DNA of 64,000 nt. It comes from Escherichia phage ST2. The stretch is taken from the sequence record OM982647; one strand, 5' to 3'. Made by a program: the position numbers and the translations under genes. The notes under the pieces are model-generated. The model was not told the DNA's origin. It ran no database searches and worked only from the letters and a program-made list of their open reading frames with translations. Below, piece after piece: positions 9,825-19,463 of this stretch (the first letter of the stretch is position 1; each line of letters begins with the position of its first letter).

Positions 9825-9899
9825 GTAATTTTCCTCATTATCATTAAACTGGAGGATTTCTCCTCCATAATCGTATTACATTAAACGTAAAGCTTTGAC

Positions 9900-10586
9900 T
9901 TAGAAGTCGTGAGTAGAATCGGCTTCCATCGCAATAACATAACTCACTTGAGAGCTTTCAAACTTGGCTGCAACTTTATCACCAGCTCCCCACAACATTA
10001 CTTTATAGTTACCTGGCTGGATTTTCATATTAGCCATATTGATTACGAAGTTAAAGTTGTTAGAACCATCATAATCGGTAAGAGTCAAAGAATACTTAGG
10101 ACGAGTTAGTCCTGAATCTTCAACTTTATTATAGCCATTGATAACAATTTTACCATCTTTATTTGTAATAGCAATTGTATCAATCTGAAGACCACGTGAA
10201 ACTCGAAGCAATTGTTGAAGGTCTTCAGCTTTAATTTCGGTAATCACAGAAGCCACTGGGAATTGAATTGGCTTATTAGGAAAAACAATGGTGCTCTTGT
10301 CAGCGGCAGGCCAATAAACCGTGGAACGTGTATCTGCAATTTTAATATTGCCATCAGTGTGCATTGAAATTTCAGCATCGTCAGACACTAGACTCAAAAT
10401 GCTTAAGAAGCTATTCAAATCATAAAGTGCTACGTCAAAATCAATTTCATCAGAGATATTTGCTTCCGCATAAGTGGTGCCATTAACTGCACGAGTCATA
10501 ATAAATTTACCTTGACTCAACAGAATGCCGGAGTTAATAGAGGCAAAGTTTTTCAGAATAGCGATAGTATCTTTAGACAGTTTCAT
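9900..10586 (-). CDS. 45: sliding clamp gp45
   Basis: T4 gp45-like from MKLSKDT (ATG 10584-10586); 228 aa. Confidence 0.95.
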   Translation of the reverse strand: MKLSKDTIAILKNFASINSGILLSQGKFIMTRAVNGTTYAEANISDEIDFDVALYDLNSFLSILSLVSDDAEISMHTDGNIKIADTRSTVYWPAADKSTIVFPNKPIQFPVASVITEIKAEDLQQLLRVSRGLQIDTIAITNKDGKIVINGYNKVEDSGLTRPKYSLTLTDYDGSNNFNFVINMANMKIQPGNYKVMLWGAGDKVAAKFESSQVSYVIAMEADSTHDF

Positions 10587-10628
10587 TTTATTTCCTTTCA
10601 AGACAATTCAAAGTTTATAACAAATTTA

Positions 10629-11045
10629 TTATGCAGCAACCATCTGCTTTTTAATAGCTTCAGGCAGTGATTCAATATATTCTGGAATTTTAGAAGCAAC
10701 AATTTCGCCAGCTGCAATTAGTTGTTCGTCGGCATCAACACAGTAAAAATCTTCAAGGCGTTCAGAACCGTCTTTATCAAGAACGATTTTAGCACCTGCT
10801 TCGATAGAATCTTTATAGTGCTTACGCATCAAATGAATCCACATATCAGACACATCGTTATCAATAAAACCATAAATCATAAAACGAGTTTCTTGTGGCA
10901 AAGATTGGAGTTTTTTAGCACTTGCGTCATCACAATGCAGGACCCATGCTTTACGAACACGATTATGGTTATGCGGGTTAGCGTCAGTACGGATAGAAGT
11001 AACTTTCAGATCAGCAGCGGTAAAACCTTTAGCAGTAGTAAACAT
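10629..11045 (-). CDS. rpbA: RNA polymerase binding protein RpbA-like
   Basis: 138 aa ORF at the rpbA position between genes 45 and 46. Confidence 0.6.
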   Translation of the reverse strand: MFTTAKGFTAADLKVTSIRTDANPHNHNRVRKAWVLHCDDASAKKLQSLPQETRFMIYGFIDNDVSDMWIHLMRKHYKDSIEAGAKIVLDKDGSERLEDFYCVDADEQLIAAGEIVASKIPEYIESLPEAIKKQMVAA

Positions 11046-11057
11046 ATTATTTCTCTC

Positions 11058-11258
11058 TTATTCGTAGAAGTCGGTAACTGTCCATGCGGAATTGCGATTA
11101 GACATTATTTTATTATACTCATCTTTAAAAGCAGATTTGAGCATTTGTTCAGTAACAATATGTTCTTCACCTGAAAACGTATTGGTCAAAACATATTTTT
11201 TAATTTCAGGGACAACAAGAAGATGTTGGCCGGTTGAATACTCCATGTTGTTCTCCAT
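11058..11258 (-). CDS. hypothetical protein (45.2-like position)
   Basis: 66 aa track ORF in same-strand array. Confidence 0.5.
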   Translation of the reverse strand: MENNMEYSTGQHLLVVPEIKKYVLTNTFSGEEHIVTEQMLKSAFKDEYNKIMSNRNSAWTVTDFYE

Positions 11259-11300
11259 TTAATTTGATGTGGTCATTATAACCACATCGTGTTAAAGCGT

Positions 11301-12989
11301 TTATGAAACAGTCATCACAGTAAATCGTCCAACTTTACTCATCTGAAGATGTTGTCCATAACGTTGAGGGTCGTGGTCTCGATGAGAGATAATGAACACG
11401 TTAGTATTTTGTAAACTTCCAAGAATGGTATCTATAGCCTTAACAGCTTCAGAATCTACAGCGCCGTCAAAAACCTCATCAAGAATCAGAGTGTTGATTT
11501 TAACACCGGAGACCTTTTCAGCAATATCTCGCCATGTAAACAACAATGCGATATCGATACGTGCCTTTTCACCTTGACTAAATGAAGCATAACTAAAATC
11601 TTCACGACCACGTGATTTTATAGATTCATTGAATTCTTCATCAATAGAAAACACGTAATCAGCTTCCATGATTTTAAGATAATGGTTAATCTGCTTGTTG
11701 AACAGAGGCACGTATTTTTTAATGATAGCACCTTTAATACCAGAATCTTTTAACATATCTGTGATAATACCACGATGGTATTTTTCAAGAACGATATCCG
11801 ATTTTGTTTTAATGATTTTATCAAGTTCTTTTTGAAGCAAAGCTATCTCATCGGCATGGTCGATAAATTCCGCCGAGGCTTGTTCTATTGCAGCTTTAAC
11901 TTTCTTAGCTTTATCAATAGTGGCAATCATTGCTTGTTTCTTGGTACGAATATCAGATGCAAGGTCCTGTTTAGTCTTAACATTAGCTCTATATTCGTCC
12001 ACTAGGACACTCAGATTATCTCTGTGACAGGTAAGTTGCTCGAATGAGTGATTACATTCATGAAGCTTATCGGTAATCTTAGAGACAATAGGATCACCCT
12101 GGTGCAACTGTGATGCACAAGTAGGACATGTACCGCCATCATTATACATCTTAATAACTTTGTTATATGAGTCAATTTTAGATTTAATCAAGAATGCTTC
12201 TTGTCCTATCTTGTTGAATGCCTCAGTAGGGTCTTCATCAAGAACGATATTAAGTAGCCGCTCATTAGCTTCTTCGATTTCCGCTTTTAATGAACGTGCT
12301 TCTTTGGCTAGGTCGTCATACATATTCTGTAGACGCGCTACATTATCACCAGATAATTTCTTTTGACGTTCGATATTCTCGTTATAAATCTTAATTTGTT
12401 GGATAACACCATCTTTCTTAGCATCGAGAACTTGTCCCTGGGAATTAAGTTCTCGAACTTGAGACTTATTGATTTTATCCATTTCAGCGAGTGTGCCGAC
12501 TTCTAAAAGGTCTTCGACAAGTTTTCTACGAGCAGGGGTGCTAAGAGCCATGAAAGGGGTATACCCTGCCGTCCCAAGCACAACGATTTGTTTAAAAGAC
12601 GCGTATGACATTCCGATGCTACGTTCAAATTCTTCTTGGAAGTCACGACTGCTGGCAGATTCATCAAGACGAACACCGTCAACGGAGATTTCGAAAATAT
12701 TGGGCTTTTGGCCACGTTTAATGAAGTATTTTTTATCATCGAATTCCATCCAAAGCTCAACTAAGAGCTCTTTCTTGTTCGTGCTATTAATGATTTGTCC
12801 TTTCTTAACATCACGAAATGGTTTACCGAAAAGTCCGAAAGTAATGGCTTCTAACATCGTAGATTTACCACCGCCATTTTTACCAGTGATTAATGTCTTT
12901 TGAACTTTATCTAATTGGATATCAATAGGATTCCCACCTACCGACATGATGTTTTGATAACGAACACGATTTAATTTAAATGATTTCAT
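11301..12989 (-). CDS. 46: recombination endonuclease subunit gp46 (SbcC/Rad50-like)
   Basis: 562 aa; Walker A GKNGGGKST; coiled-coil middle; signature and Walker B at C-terminus. Confidence 0.95.
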   Translation of the reverse strand: MKSFKLNRVRYQNIMSVGGNPIDIQLDKVQKTLITGKNGGGKSTMLEAITFGLFGKPFRDVKKGQIINSTNKKELLVELWMEFDDKKYFIKRGQKPNIFEISVDGVRLDESASSRDFQEEFERSIGMSYASFKQIVVLGTAGYTPFMALSTPARRKLVEDLLEVGTLAEMDKINKSQVRELNSQGQVLDAKKDGVIQQIKIYNENIERQKKLSGDNVARLQNMYDDLAKEARSLKAEIEEANERLLNIVLDEDPTEAFNKIGQEAFLIKSKIDSYNKVIKMYNDGGTCPTCASQLHQGDPIVSKITDKLHECNHSFEQLTCHRDNLSVLVDEYRANVKTKQDLASDIRTKKQAMIATIDKAKKVKAAIEQASAEFIDHADEIALLQKELDKIIKTKSDIVLEKYHRGIITDMLKDSGIKGAIIKKYVPLFNKQINHYLKIMEADYVFSIDEEFNESIKSRGREDFSYASFSQGEKARIDIALLFTWRDIAEKVSGVKINTLILDEVFDGAVDSEAVKAIDTILGSLQNTNVFIISHRDHDPQRYGQHLQMSKVGRFTVMTVS

Positions 12990-13240
12990 ATGTATTCTCT
13001 TCGAATGAAGTCCTCTACATATTTTAACATGTCATCTCTATCAGCAAAATATTCATCTAGTTCTGCATACATAACAACACCTGGTGCGTACTCACAGGTA
13101 ACATACATTGTTCCAAAGAAACGAGGAGTTGATTCCTCGTAATTCTCGGTCCATTCAACTATACCAATATAACCGTCACCAATACTAAATTCATGACGAT
13201 GGATTTCATAATCAGTCTTCGTCATTATACGCATCCTCAA
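12986..13240 (-). CDS. hypothetical protein (46.1-like)
   Basis: 84 aa ORF coupled to neighbours. Confidence 0.55.
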   Translation of the reverse strand: MRMRIMTKTDYEIHRHEFSIGDGYIGIVEWTENYEESTPRFFGTMYVTCEYAPGVVMYAELDEYFADRDDMLKYVEDFIRREYI

Positions 13241-13469
13241 TACACGCTTCAGCCATTTTAAGAATAGAGCCGGGAGTATCGTTGTCCATTATATTAAAGC
13301 TAAATTCAATAGCCCAGTCGGTGCAGACATGAACTGCTTTAACTTCATTGCCTTCAACGCGTAATGGCTCAATCCAATACTTGATAGTGTTCTCGAATCC
13401 ATCGTCATCTTTAACGTCCATTTCAACTTCAAGCCTGAGTCCAGCATTGTTAAATTCATCTAAAGTCAT
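13212..13469 (-). CDS. hypothetical protein (46.2-like)
   Basis: 85 aa ORF coupled to neighbours. Confidence 0.55.
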   Translation of the reverse strand: MTLDEFNNAGLRLEVEMDVKDDDGFENTIKYWIEPLRVEGNEVKAVHVCTDWAIEFSFNIMDNDTPGSILKMAEACIEDAYNDED

Positions 13470-14485
13470 TGTGTTGCCTCAATATAAAGTTCGTTAGAAT
13501 ATTTGACCAGCGCTTCTCTGTCTTCGTCTGAGATATCTGGAATCGCGTCAATATATTCTTTAATGATATCTTGAAGTGATTTAATCTCGATTTCCTGGTC
13601 GTCATCAGATTCAACACTATTATCAACTTTAGAAACCATACGAAGAGAGTGAACTACTTTTTCAAGTTCAGATTCAAACTTAGTCAACTCTGAATCAATT
13701 TCTGATACTATAACACGTACGGCCAGATTAGTATAATCAGAATAATTGATTTTGCCTTTAAACGGATAAGTGATTCGTCGATGCCATGTTGTTTCATTAG
13801 GAATAAATTCCATACGTTCAACATCAGTGTCAAATACCCAGAATCCGCGCGGGTCGTTCTCATCACCTGCAGTAAGGGTCCATGGTGTCCCAATATATTT
13901 GACGTTAGCAGCTTCAGAGATTGTGTGGAAGTGGCCGGACCAGACTTGTTTATAAGTCTTTAAGAAATCAGGTTCAAGCCCATGAGACTTCATTCCTTTA
14001 TAGAAATAAAAGCCATTCAGTTCCCAGTGCCCAACACAATACGCTGCAGAAGAAGTCTTGATGTGCTCTAAGATTTCACCTGTATTTTCTTCACACATCC
14101 ATGGAACGATATCAATCAGACATCCGTCAAAATCTACAGTAGTTGGATGCTCATAAATAGTAAAGTTTTCAAATTGAGTTAACAATTCAGAAACAGTGTT
14201 AGGTGTTATTGTATTCTTAAACGCCATGTCATGGTTTCCTATCGTGACATGAACGTGAATGCCTGCTTTAGAAATCATATCAACGATTTCACGATTGAAT
14301 TCCATTGTACGATGTGTTATTGCTTTACGGACGTCAAACCAATCACCGTACTGGATCCAAGTTTTAATCCCGTGTTTCTTAGAGTATTCAATTGCTTGAC
14401 GAATACCATCACGTTGAATATCTTGAACCCATGGGTCGTCTTGTTTGACTCCGATATGGAAGTCGCCTAAGTGCAAAATTTTCAT
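13466..14485 (-). CDS. 47: recombination endonuclease subunit gp47 (SbcD/Mre11-like)
   Basis: 339 aa; phosphoesterase motifs LHLGDFH, GNHD. Confidence 0.95.
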   Translation of the reverse strand: MKILHLGDFHIGVKQDDPWVQDIQRDGIRQAIEYSKKHGIKTWIQYGDWFDVRKAITHRTMEFNREIVDMISKAGIHVHVTIGNHDMAFKNTITPNTVSELLTQFENFTIYEHPTTVDFDGCLIDIVPWMCEENTGEILEHIKTSSAAYCVGHWELNGFYFYKGMKSHGLEPDFLKTYKQVWSGHFHTISEAANVKYIGTPWTLTAGDENDPRGFWVFDTDVERMEFIPNETTWHRRITYPFKGKINYSDYTNLAVRVIVSEIDSELTKFESELEKVVHSLRMVSKVDNSVESDDDQEIEIKSLQDIIKEYIDAIPDISDEDREALVKYSNELYIEATQ

Positions 14486-14529
14486 ATTATTTCCTCATTA
14501 GTTAATTCATTCTATCATCCGTTTATAAA

Positions 14530-14555
14530 GCAAAAAAGGAACTCCGAAGAGTTCC
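14530..14555 (-). terminator. rho-independent terminator
   Basis: Minus strand GGAACTCTTCGGAGTTCC followed by T6. Confidence 0.6.
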
Positions 14556-14728
14556 TATCCACATAGTACACCGTACAGAGGCTCATTTGAACTTTTAAAT
14601 CGAATGGGCTTGTATGTAATAGTTCCTTCGGCTTTAGCTTTATCATAAGACTCTTTAAAACGTCTCATTCTTTCTGCTTTGCCTTTACGGATTTTATCGA
14701 AATTTTCAGAGGTCAGGTCGTTCGTCAT
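14555..14728 (-). CDS. small hypothetical protein (57 aa), not in ORF track
   Basis: ATG 14726-14728 after GAGAGG; stop adjacent to terminator hairpin. Confidence 0.35.
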   Translation of the reverse strand: MTNDLTSENFDKIRKGKAERMRRFKESYDKAKAEGTITYKPIRFKSSNEPLYGVLCG

Positions 14729-14767
14729 GCATAATCGCCTCTCAGAAAATACCTAAATCGATTTCTC

Positions 14768-14989
14768 TCATCGTTTCCACCATTTCTTAACTTGAAATGA
14801 ATCGACCCACACGAGTTGTTTTGGGTCTGCCTTTACAATAGGCGGACAAATTTCTGTAATAGAACCGTCGTGATATTCCTTTTCAGAAATTTTAACACAA
14901 AGAGGACCTCCCAATTTAAGGGTGAACCCTGCGTTCAGCTTCAGACGTTTAAACTTTGTTTGAACTAGCGCCATTAATGATGTCCTCAA
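14768..14989 (-). CDS. hypothetical protein
   Basis: 73 aa track ORF, same-strand array. Confidence 0.5.
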   Translation of the reverse strand: MRTSLMALVQTKFKRLKLNAGFTLKLGGPLCVKISEKEYHDGSITEICPPIVKADPKQLVWVDSFQVKKWWKR

Positions 14990-15272
14990 TAGCCTGACGA
15001 GTAGTAACCCACTGGATTTTAATTAACTTGTCATTATATGGTTGTCGTAGAATATCCCGAGATTTCTTAATAGCATATTCGTAAGCTTCGAAGTTGTTTT
15101 GAATTGCTGCTTCTTGAGCATGAGCATAAAGACGGTTTAGTTCAAAACGATTCTTTTTAAGAATCTTTTCGGATTTTTTACGTGCTTCAGCTTCATTTTT
15201 CTTTTGGATTTCTTGTAGCATTTTAGCTACTGCATCTTCTGCTTCTTTATTTTCAATAATCTCGGTAGTCAT
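14949..15272 (-). CDS. hypothetical protein
   Basis: 107 aa track ORF. Confidence 0.5.
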   Translation of the reverse strand: MTTEIIENKEAEDAVAKMLQEIQKKNEAEARKKSEKILKKNRFELNRLYAHAQEAAIQNNFEAYEYAIKKSRDILRQPYNDKLIKIQWVTTRQAIEDIINGASSNKV

Positions 15273-15273
15273 A

Positions 15274-15483
15274 TTATCTCATTAAATTAAAATAAAAACG
15301 TCCATCCTCTTCAATACAGAACTCATACTCAACCGGAGTCCCATTTATCGAAAATGACACGTCATGTGGGTTCAAAGGGTCGATGTCAAAATTAATTTTA
15401 AATTCACGACCCAACAGTTTTACCAAATAAGGGATTGCTTCGTCAAAAGGTTCTTCTAAGTAGTTAGAGATGTCAATTGTCAT
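15274..15483 (-). CDS. hypothetical protein (69 aa)
   Basis: ATG at 15481-15483 overlaps the last codons of gene 55 (different frame). Confidence 0.5.
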   Translation of the reverse strand: MTIDISNYLEEPFDEAIPYLVKLLGREFKINFDIDPLNPHDVSFSINGTPVEYEFCIEEDGRFYFNLMR

Positions 15484-16030
15484 CCTCATATAAAAAATCC
15501 AAACTAGGCGAATCGCTAACAACTTCCTTCTTTTCAGCCCCAGGAGCTTTATAAGCGGATTCTTCATAATGCGTCATTTTATCGTAGATGTCTTGAATAA
15601 ACGTTTCATCTACCAACGCTACCATATCATCGTCATGACTGTCGTAGACATTATGAACGAAGTAACTATATTTCTTTGCAACTTCCTTACGTTCTTTTTT
15701 GATACGTTGGACAAAAGCATTAAAACAAGCTCGAGTTATGTATGCATGTGGGTTATTGTACTTAGTTTCGTCGAAATTATGAAGTCCCTTAATAGAGGCT
15801 TCAATCCCATCTGCAATCATCTCCTGCTTCCAAGACTGGGTATATCCTGAAAAGTTGAAACGTTTGGACAGGCCTTCGGCGATAAGCATAATTGCTAAAC
15901 CGATGGTATCATTCTGACGAATAATTTTGTTTGGGTCTTTATTATTTAAAAGCTCCTTTTTCCACTCGATTATAGCGGCGAGAAGCTCTTTATTATTCAC
16001 ATAGTTATTTTTAGGTTTTTGTTCAGTCAT
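15473..16030 (-). CDS. 55: late-transcription sigma factor gp55
   Basis: 185 aa; T4 gp55-like sequence and size. Confidence 0.93.
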   Translation of the reverse strand: MTEQKPKNNYVNNKELLAAIIEWKKELLNNKDPNKIIRQNDTIGLAIMLIAEGLSKRFNFSGYTQSWKQEMIADGIEASIKGLHNFDETKYNNPHAYITRACFNAFVQRIKKERKEVAKKYSYFVHNVYDSHDDDMVALVDETFIQDIYDKMTHYEESAYKAPGAEKKEVVSDSPSLDFLYEDDN

Positions 16031-16080
16031 AAGTACCTCTTAGCTCAATTCATAGGTCTATTATATCATAATATTTAGAG
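16031..16080 (-). promoter_or_regulatory. promoter with stem-loop upstream of gene 55
   Basis: Minus strand TAGGTCT ... TATAAT ... AGACCTA inverted repeat around -10 (approximate span). Confidence 0.4.
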
Positions 16081-16102
16081 ACCTATCTTAAAGCACGAGA
16101 TA

Positions 16103-16372
16103 CTATCGGAGCAAACAATAAGCCTGAAACACTTTTTCCATTAAACGTTTGAACTCATGGATATCGATATAAAGCTCAGTAAGACCGGCATTATAAAGAA
16201 AATCTAAAAAGTTCTCATGTGTTTCGTTATAGTCGCCTTCGTTTAATTGAGATACATGAGTTTCCCAAAAACCAACACCTTTAACGAATGGAAAATACGT
16301 GACTTTCATGTATTCGTCAACATAAAATTCGCCCAGCTTTTCTTCAGTTATACTGATTCGAGTTAATTTCAT
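16103..16372 (-). CDS. hypothetical protein
   Basis: 89 aa track ORF. Confidence 0.5.
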   Translation of the reverse strand: MKLTRISITEEKLGEFYVDEYMKVTYFPFVKGVGFWETHVSQLNEGDYNETHENFLDFLYNAGLTELYIDIHEFKRLMEKVFQAYCLLR

Positions 16373-16596
16373 TCTAGTTCCTTTGCTGCTTCAAGAGCAG
16401 CATCCAGCGAATCAAATTGGTCAACGAAATCAATATTCAACGCATCGTCAACCGTAGCATATAACCACCATTGTTTGAATTCATATTCTAGAATAAATCC
16501 AGGACCTTCAATCTGAGGAAGACCTAGGCTATTTGTACTAACTTCGTAACCAGCTAGACGCAGGTCATTAATCAAAGTTTCTGTTAATACGCTCAT
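16369..16596 (-). CDS. hypothetical protein
   Basis: 75 aa track ORF, overlapping start/stop. Confidence 0.5.
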   Translation of the reverse strand: MSVLTETLINDLRLAGYEVSTNSLGLPQIEGPGFILEYEFKQWWLYATVDDALNIDFVDQFDSLDAALEAAKELE

Positions 16597-16925
16597 TTTA
16601 CCGCCTTAACAATTTTCAGGTCAACAAATTTTTTCTTACGTTGATTTTTCATACGACGGATAGTCTTTTCAGAGATTTCATGTTTCTGATAAGCTTTAGA
16701 TTCAACACCAAATGCAGCAACGTCAAATTCAGAAAGAATATATTGTACTAGAATTTCACGAATAGAATTACGTCCAATTTTCTGGTCGTGTTTTTGCATG
16801 ATTTCATAAAGACGGAATTCCCATGCGTCAAGAACTTGAGGAGTAACAATATTGCCGGATTCCAGAAGAGCAACAACTTTATCGAAAGCGAAAGAATTAA
16901 CTACGTTTTTGATTTTAGTAGACAT
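16593..16925 (-). CDS. hypothetical protein (110 aa)
   Basis: Start moved to ATG 16923-16925 (MSTKIK) after GAGGAAA; upstream in-frame codons lie in promoter. Confidence 0.5.
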   Translation of the reverse strand: MSTKIKNVVNSFAFDKVVALLESGNIVTPQVLDAWEFRLYEIMQKHDQKIGRNSIREILVQYILSEFDVAAFGVESKAYQKHEISEKTIRRMKNQRKKKFVDLKIVKAVK

Positions 16926-16962
16926 ATTATTTTCCTCGGTTATTTTATTATCCAACGAGAGA

Positions 16963-16992
16963 ATTATACTCATCTCTCAAGAGTTTGTATAC
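16963..16992 (-). promoter_or_regulatory. early promoter with inverted repeat flanking -10
   Basis: Minus strand GTATAC ... GAGAGA-TGAG-TATAAT-TCTCTC. Confidence 0.5.
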
Positions 16993-17231
16993 TATTTTTT
17001 AAGCATGAAAAGTAAGTAATTTGTATCACGTGGAGTAATATCAACACCCATATCAAAGATGCCTTTATAGATTGGGTATTTGTTTTCGGTTGTATCGAAG
17101 CTGAAACTATTTCCATCACAACTAACAGTAATAGCATCTGTTAAAATGTCATACTCAATCCTAACAATTGAATCCCCAATTTTAATGTCGAGGTGTTTTT
17201 TGAATTTGATAAAATCTAATTCTTGGGCCAT
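16992..17231 (-). CDS. hypothetical protein
   Basis: 79 aa track ORF. Confidence 0.5.
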   Translation of the reverse strand: MAQELDFIKFKKHLDIKIGDSIVRIEYDILTDAITVSCDGNSFSFDTTENKYPIYKGIFDMGVDITPRDTNYLLFMLKK

Positions 17232-17294
17232 GATATTTTCCTCATTTTAAGAGGATAGGAAGACATGTTATTATCTTCCTACCATCGTAAACTA

Positions 17295-17495
17295 TTAACC
17301 GAACTTTTTAGCGCCTTTCCAGCCTTCGTACATAACTGCGCAAGTCAATAGCACAGCATGTTGGCATTCTTTGTATTTGTAAATCCAGAACCAGCGTAAA
17401 AAGTCTTCATCCTCAACACCGTTGAGTTTCATATTGGCAAAGAATTCGGCACGTTCTTCACGAAGTTGCCATGACACAATATTTTCAGGATTCAT
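17295..17495 (-). CDS. hypothetical protein
   Basis: 66 aa track ORF. Confidence 0.45.
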   Translation of the reverse strand: MNPENIVSWQLREERAEFFANMKLNGVEDEDFLRWFWIYKYKECQHAVLLTCAVMYEGWKGAKKFG

Positions 17496-17627
17496 TTAAA
17501 TTTCCCAATTGCCATTTTCATCAATAAATTTAATCCAGTCAGTTACTGACCACTTAGTTGTATCGCCTTTTGGAGTAGCATTTAAAGTGTAGAACCCTTG
17601 CTTAAAAAGCCAGCGTTTGATATTCAT
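17496..17627 (-). CDS. hypothetical protein (43 aa)
   Basis: ATG 17625-17627 after GAGGAAA; longer track ORF overlaps upstream gene. Confidence 0.4.
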   Translation of the reverse strand: MNIKRWLFKQGFYTLNATPKGDTTKWSVTDWIKFIDENGNWEI

Positions 17628-17634
17628 AATTTCC

Positions 17635-17928
17635 TCAACTGTAACGATAACATTCGTTAGCTTTACGTTTGGCTTCAGTATGAGAAGTATTATAATCATA
17701 ATCTTCTTTACTGTAAACATCTTTTTTCAACTTACGAACTTCTTTGCGGAGTTGTCGATTCATTTCATTCTTGACTTCAGAATCAACGCCTTTCATACGT
17801 TTCCATTTATCTGAGCGGAAAATGTTTTCAACCATGTTTTTGTGGCTAACACCGTCAGGAGCTTTACGCTTACCAAAATAGTCGTAATCACGAACTTTCA
17901 AATCTTTACGACGATATGTTTTACCCAT
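17635..17928 (-). CDS. hypothetical basic protein (97 aa)
   Basis: ATG 17926-17928 after GAGG; Lys/Arg-rich. Confidence 0.5.
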   Translation of the reverse strand: MGKTYRRKDLKVRDYDYFGKRKAPDGVSHKNMVENIFRSDKWKRMKGVDSEVKNEMNRQLRKEVRKLKKDVYSKEDYDYNTSHTEAKRKANECYRYS

Positions 17929-17935
17929 AAGTACC

Positions 17936-18184
17936 TCAGAGGTTGATTGATACAACACGTTTGATAAAATTCACTTCACTTACTGAAAGGTCTTTAAGAC
18001 CGATTGATTCTAAACGCTGAGTAAGCGTCAACATCGGGATATAATCCCATTGAGTTTTATTTGCTTGATAAGTACGAACGCCATTAGCAATTTCAACATG
18101 TAAATCGGAAATGGTAACGAATACCGGTCGCTCGTCATTAACTTTAAGGGTTAGAACAACTTTCTTTGAATCTAAACTAATCAT
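17936..18184 (-). CDS. hypothetical protein
   Basis: 82 aa track ORF. Confidence 0.5.
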   Translation of the reverse strand: MISLDSKKVVLTLKVNDERPVFVTISDLHVEIANGVRTYQANKTQWDYIPMLTLTQRLESIGLKDLSVSEVNFIKRVVSINL

Positions 18185-18363
18185 GGCTTAATTTCCTTCG
18201 CAATTGAACAGAAGATACCACGGTCACAAAGCATTTCGCCAATTTCTGGATATTTGATTGAACGGTACCAAACATCCAGGCTTGAAACTCTGGTTATCTG
18301 TATTGCATTACCGTTGACAGAATAGTACTGGCCAACCTTAATTTCTTTATCTTCAATTGTCAT
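18181..18363 (-). CDS. hypothetical protein (60 aa)
   Basis: ATG 18361-18363 after GGA; upstream part of track ORF is probably untranslated. Confidence 0.4.
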   Translation of the reverse strand: MTIEDKEIKVGQYYSVNGNAIQITRVSSLDVWYRSIKYPEIGEMLCDRGIFCSIAKEIKP

Positions 18364-18528
18364 TTTATTTTCCTCTATAGTAGATGGTTTAATCTTAACA
18401 CATCTATTGAGGATGTAAACTGTTTTATGAAAATATTTTCGATTTGAGAGGGGCACAAGGAGATAGTGAAGTGAAGATTCCAATGGATTATATTAGAAAT
18501 GAGATAAAGAAGACCAGGCGGCACCTGG

Positions 18529-18852
18529 TCAATCTTCTATGATATCAGAGTCATATCCTAATGAAATCAAGGACTTTTTAAACTCTGAAATATTCTTTTG
18601 TTTCTTATCATTTAAAAATATGACAGGATAACGAATATTAAGTGAAGTGAATCCTGCACGTTTAGCAAGAGATACGATTAAAGGACGGTCATATTCAATC
18701 TTACCATTATTAGTGAGGACTTTATAAAATGTGTAAGGAGCATTGAGCTCCTTTAAAAGTTTTGTAACAGTATAACATCCTGGACAACGTCCAACTTCTT
18801 CAGGGATGCCATAAATTTCAATCTTGTTCTTTAAGTTCGAGTTTTGTTCCAC
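18529..18852 (-). CDS. nrdH: glutaredoxin-like protein (NrdH-like), start uncertain
   Basis: CPGC active-site motif; no in-frame ATG near upstream stop, possible GTG start at 18850-18852. Confidence 0.5.
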   Translation of the reverse strand: MEQNSNLKNKIEIYGIPEEVGRCPGCYTVTKLLKELNAPYTFYKVLTNNGKIEYDRPLIVSLAKRAGFTSLNIRYPVIFLNDKKQKNISEFKKSLISLGYDSDIIED

Positions 18853-19135
18853 GAGAAATAATTCCTTGGTAAGCCCAATAAGGAGGATTAACAGAATCCT
18901 CGCCAGAGTTTTCTTCAGGAAAATAAACCTGGATAACGAAGCCGGATTCATCAAAGGTAAAATAAACCGTAGGCAGTTCACCTAACAAATCGGCACGAGC
19001 GTTGATTTCTTCGAGGTCTTGTTCACGTCCAGCCCAGAAGCTTGGGTTCAGACTACATTCATAGAAATAATAGTCATTACCGAACATATCAAAACCATTC
19101 CAACTCTCTACTACATACCGCTCAAAACTAATCAT
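18818..19135 (-). CDS. hypothetical protein
   Basis: 105 aa track ORF. Confidence 0.5.
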   Translation of the reverse strand: MISFERYVVESWNGFDMFGNDYYFYECSLNPSFWAGREQDLEEINARADLLGELPTVYFTFDESGFVIQVYFPEENSGEDSVNPPYWAYQGIISRGTKLELKEQD

Positions 19136-19137
19136 AA

Positions 19138-19353
19138 TTAAGCCTTTTTATCAAGAACAGAATTCAGTTTATTAGTAATTTTGTCCAAACGTTCATTGAA
19201 TTCGCTGGAGGATAAACCCTTTTCTGGAGAAATTAAACTAATCACGAAAAATACACCAGTAAAAGGAATAAGAAAAATAGCTCCAACTACCATAAACAAA
19301 AAGAACGTTACAGTTGTAAGAAAATCAGCTAAACCTTTACGAAATTTGTACAT
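19138..19353 (-). CDS. hypothetical membrane protein
   Basis: 71 aa with one hydrophobic helix. Confidence 0.5.
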   Translation of the reverse strand: MYKFRKGLADFLTTVTFFLFMVVGAIFLIPFTGVFFVISLISPEKGLSSSEFNERLDKITNKLNSVLDKKA

Positions 19354-19463
19354 ATTTACCCTTAATTAACTAAGCATTGATAATCATTAAACTATATTGC
19401 GAATAAAATTCTGGACCAAAACGAAAAATCATATCATTTATAGTATCCATAATGTAATTCAAT

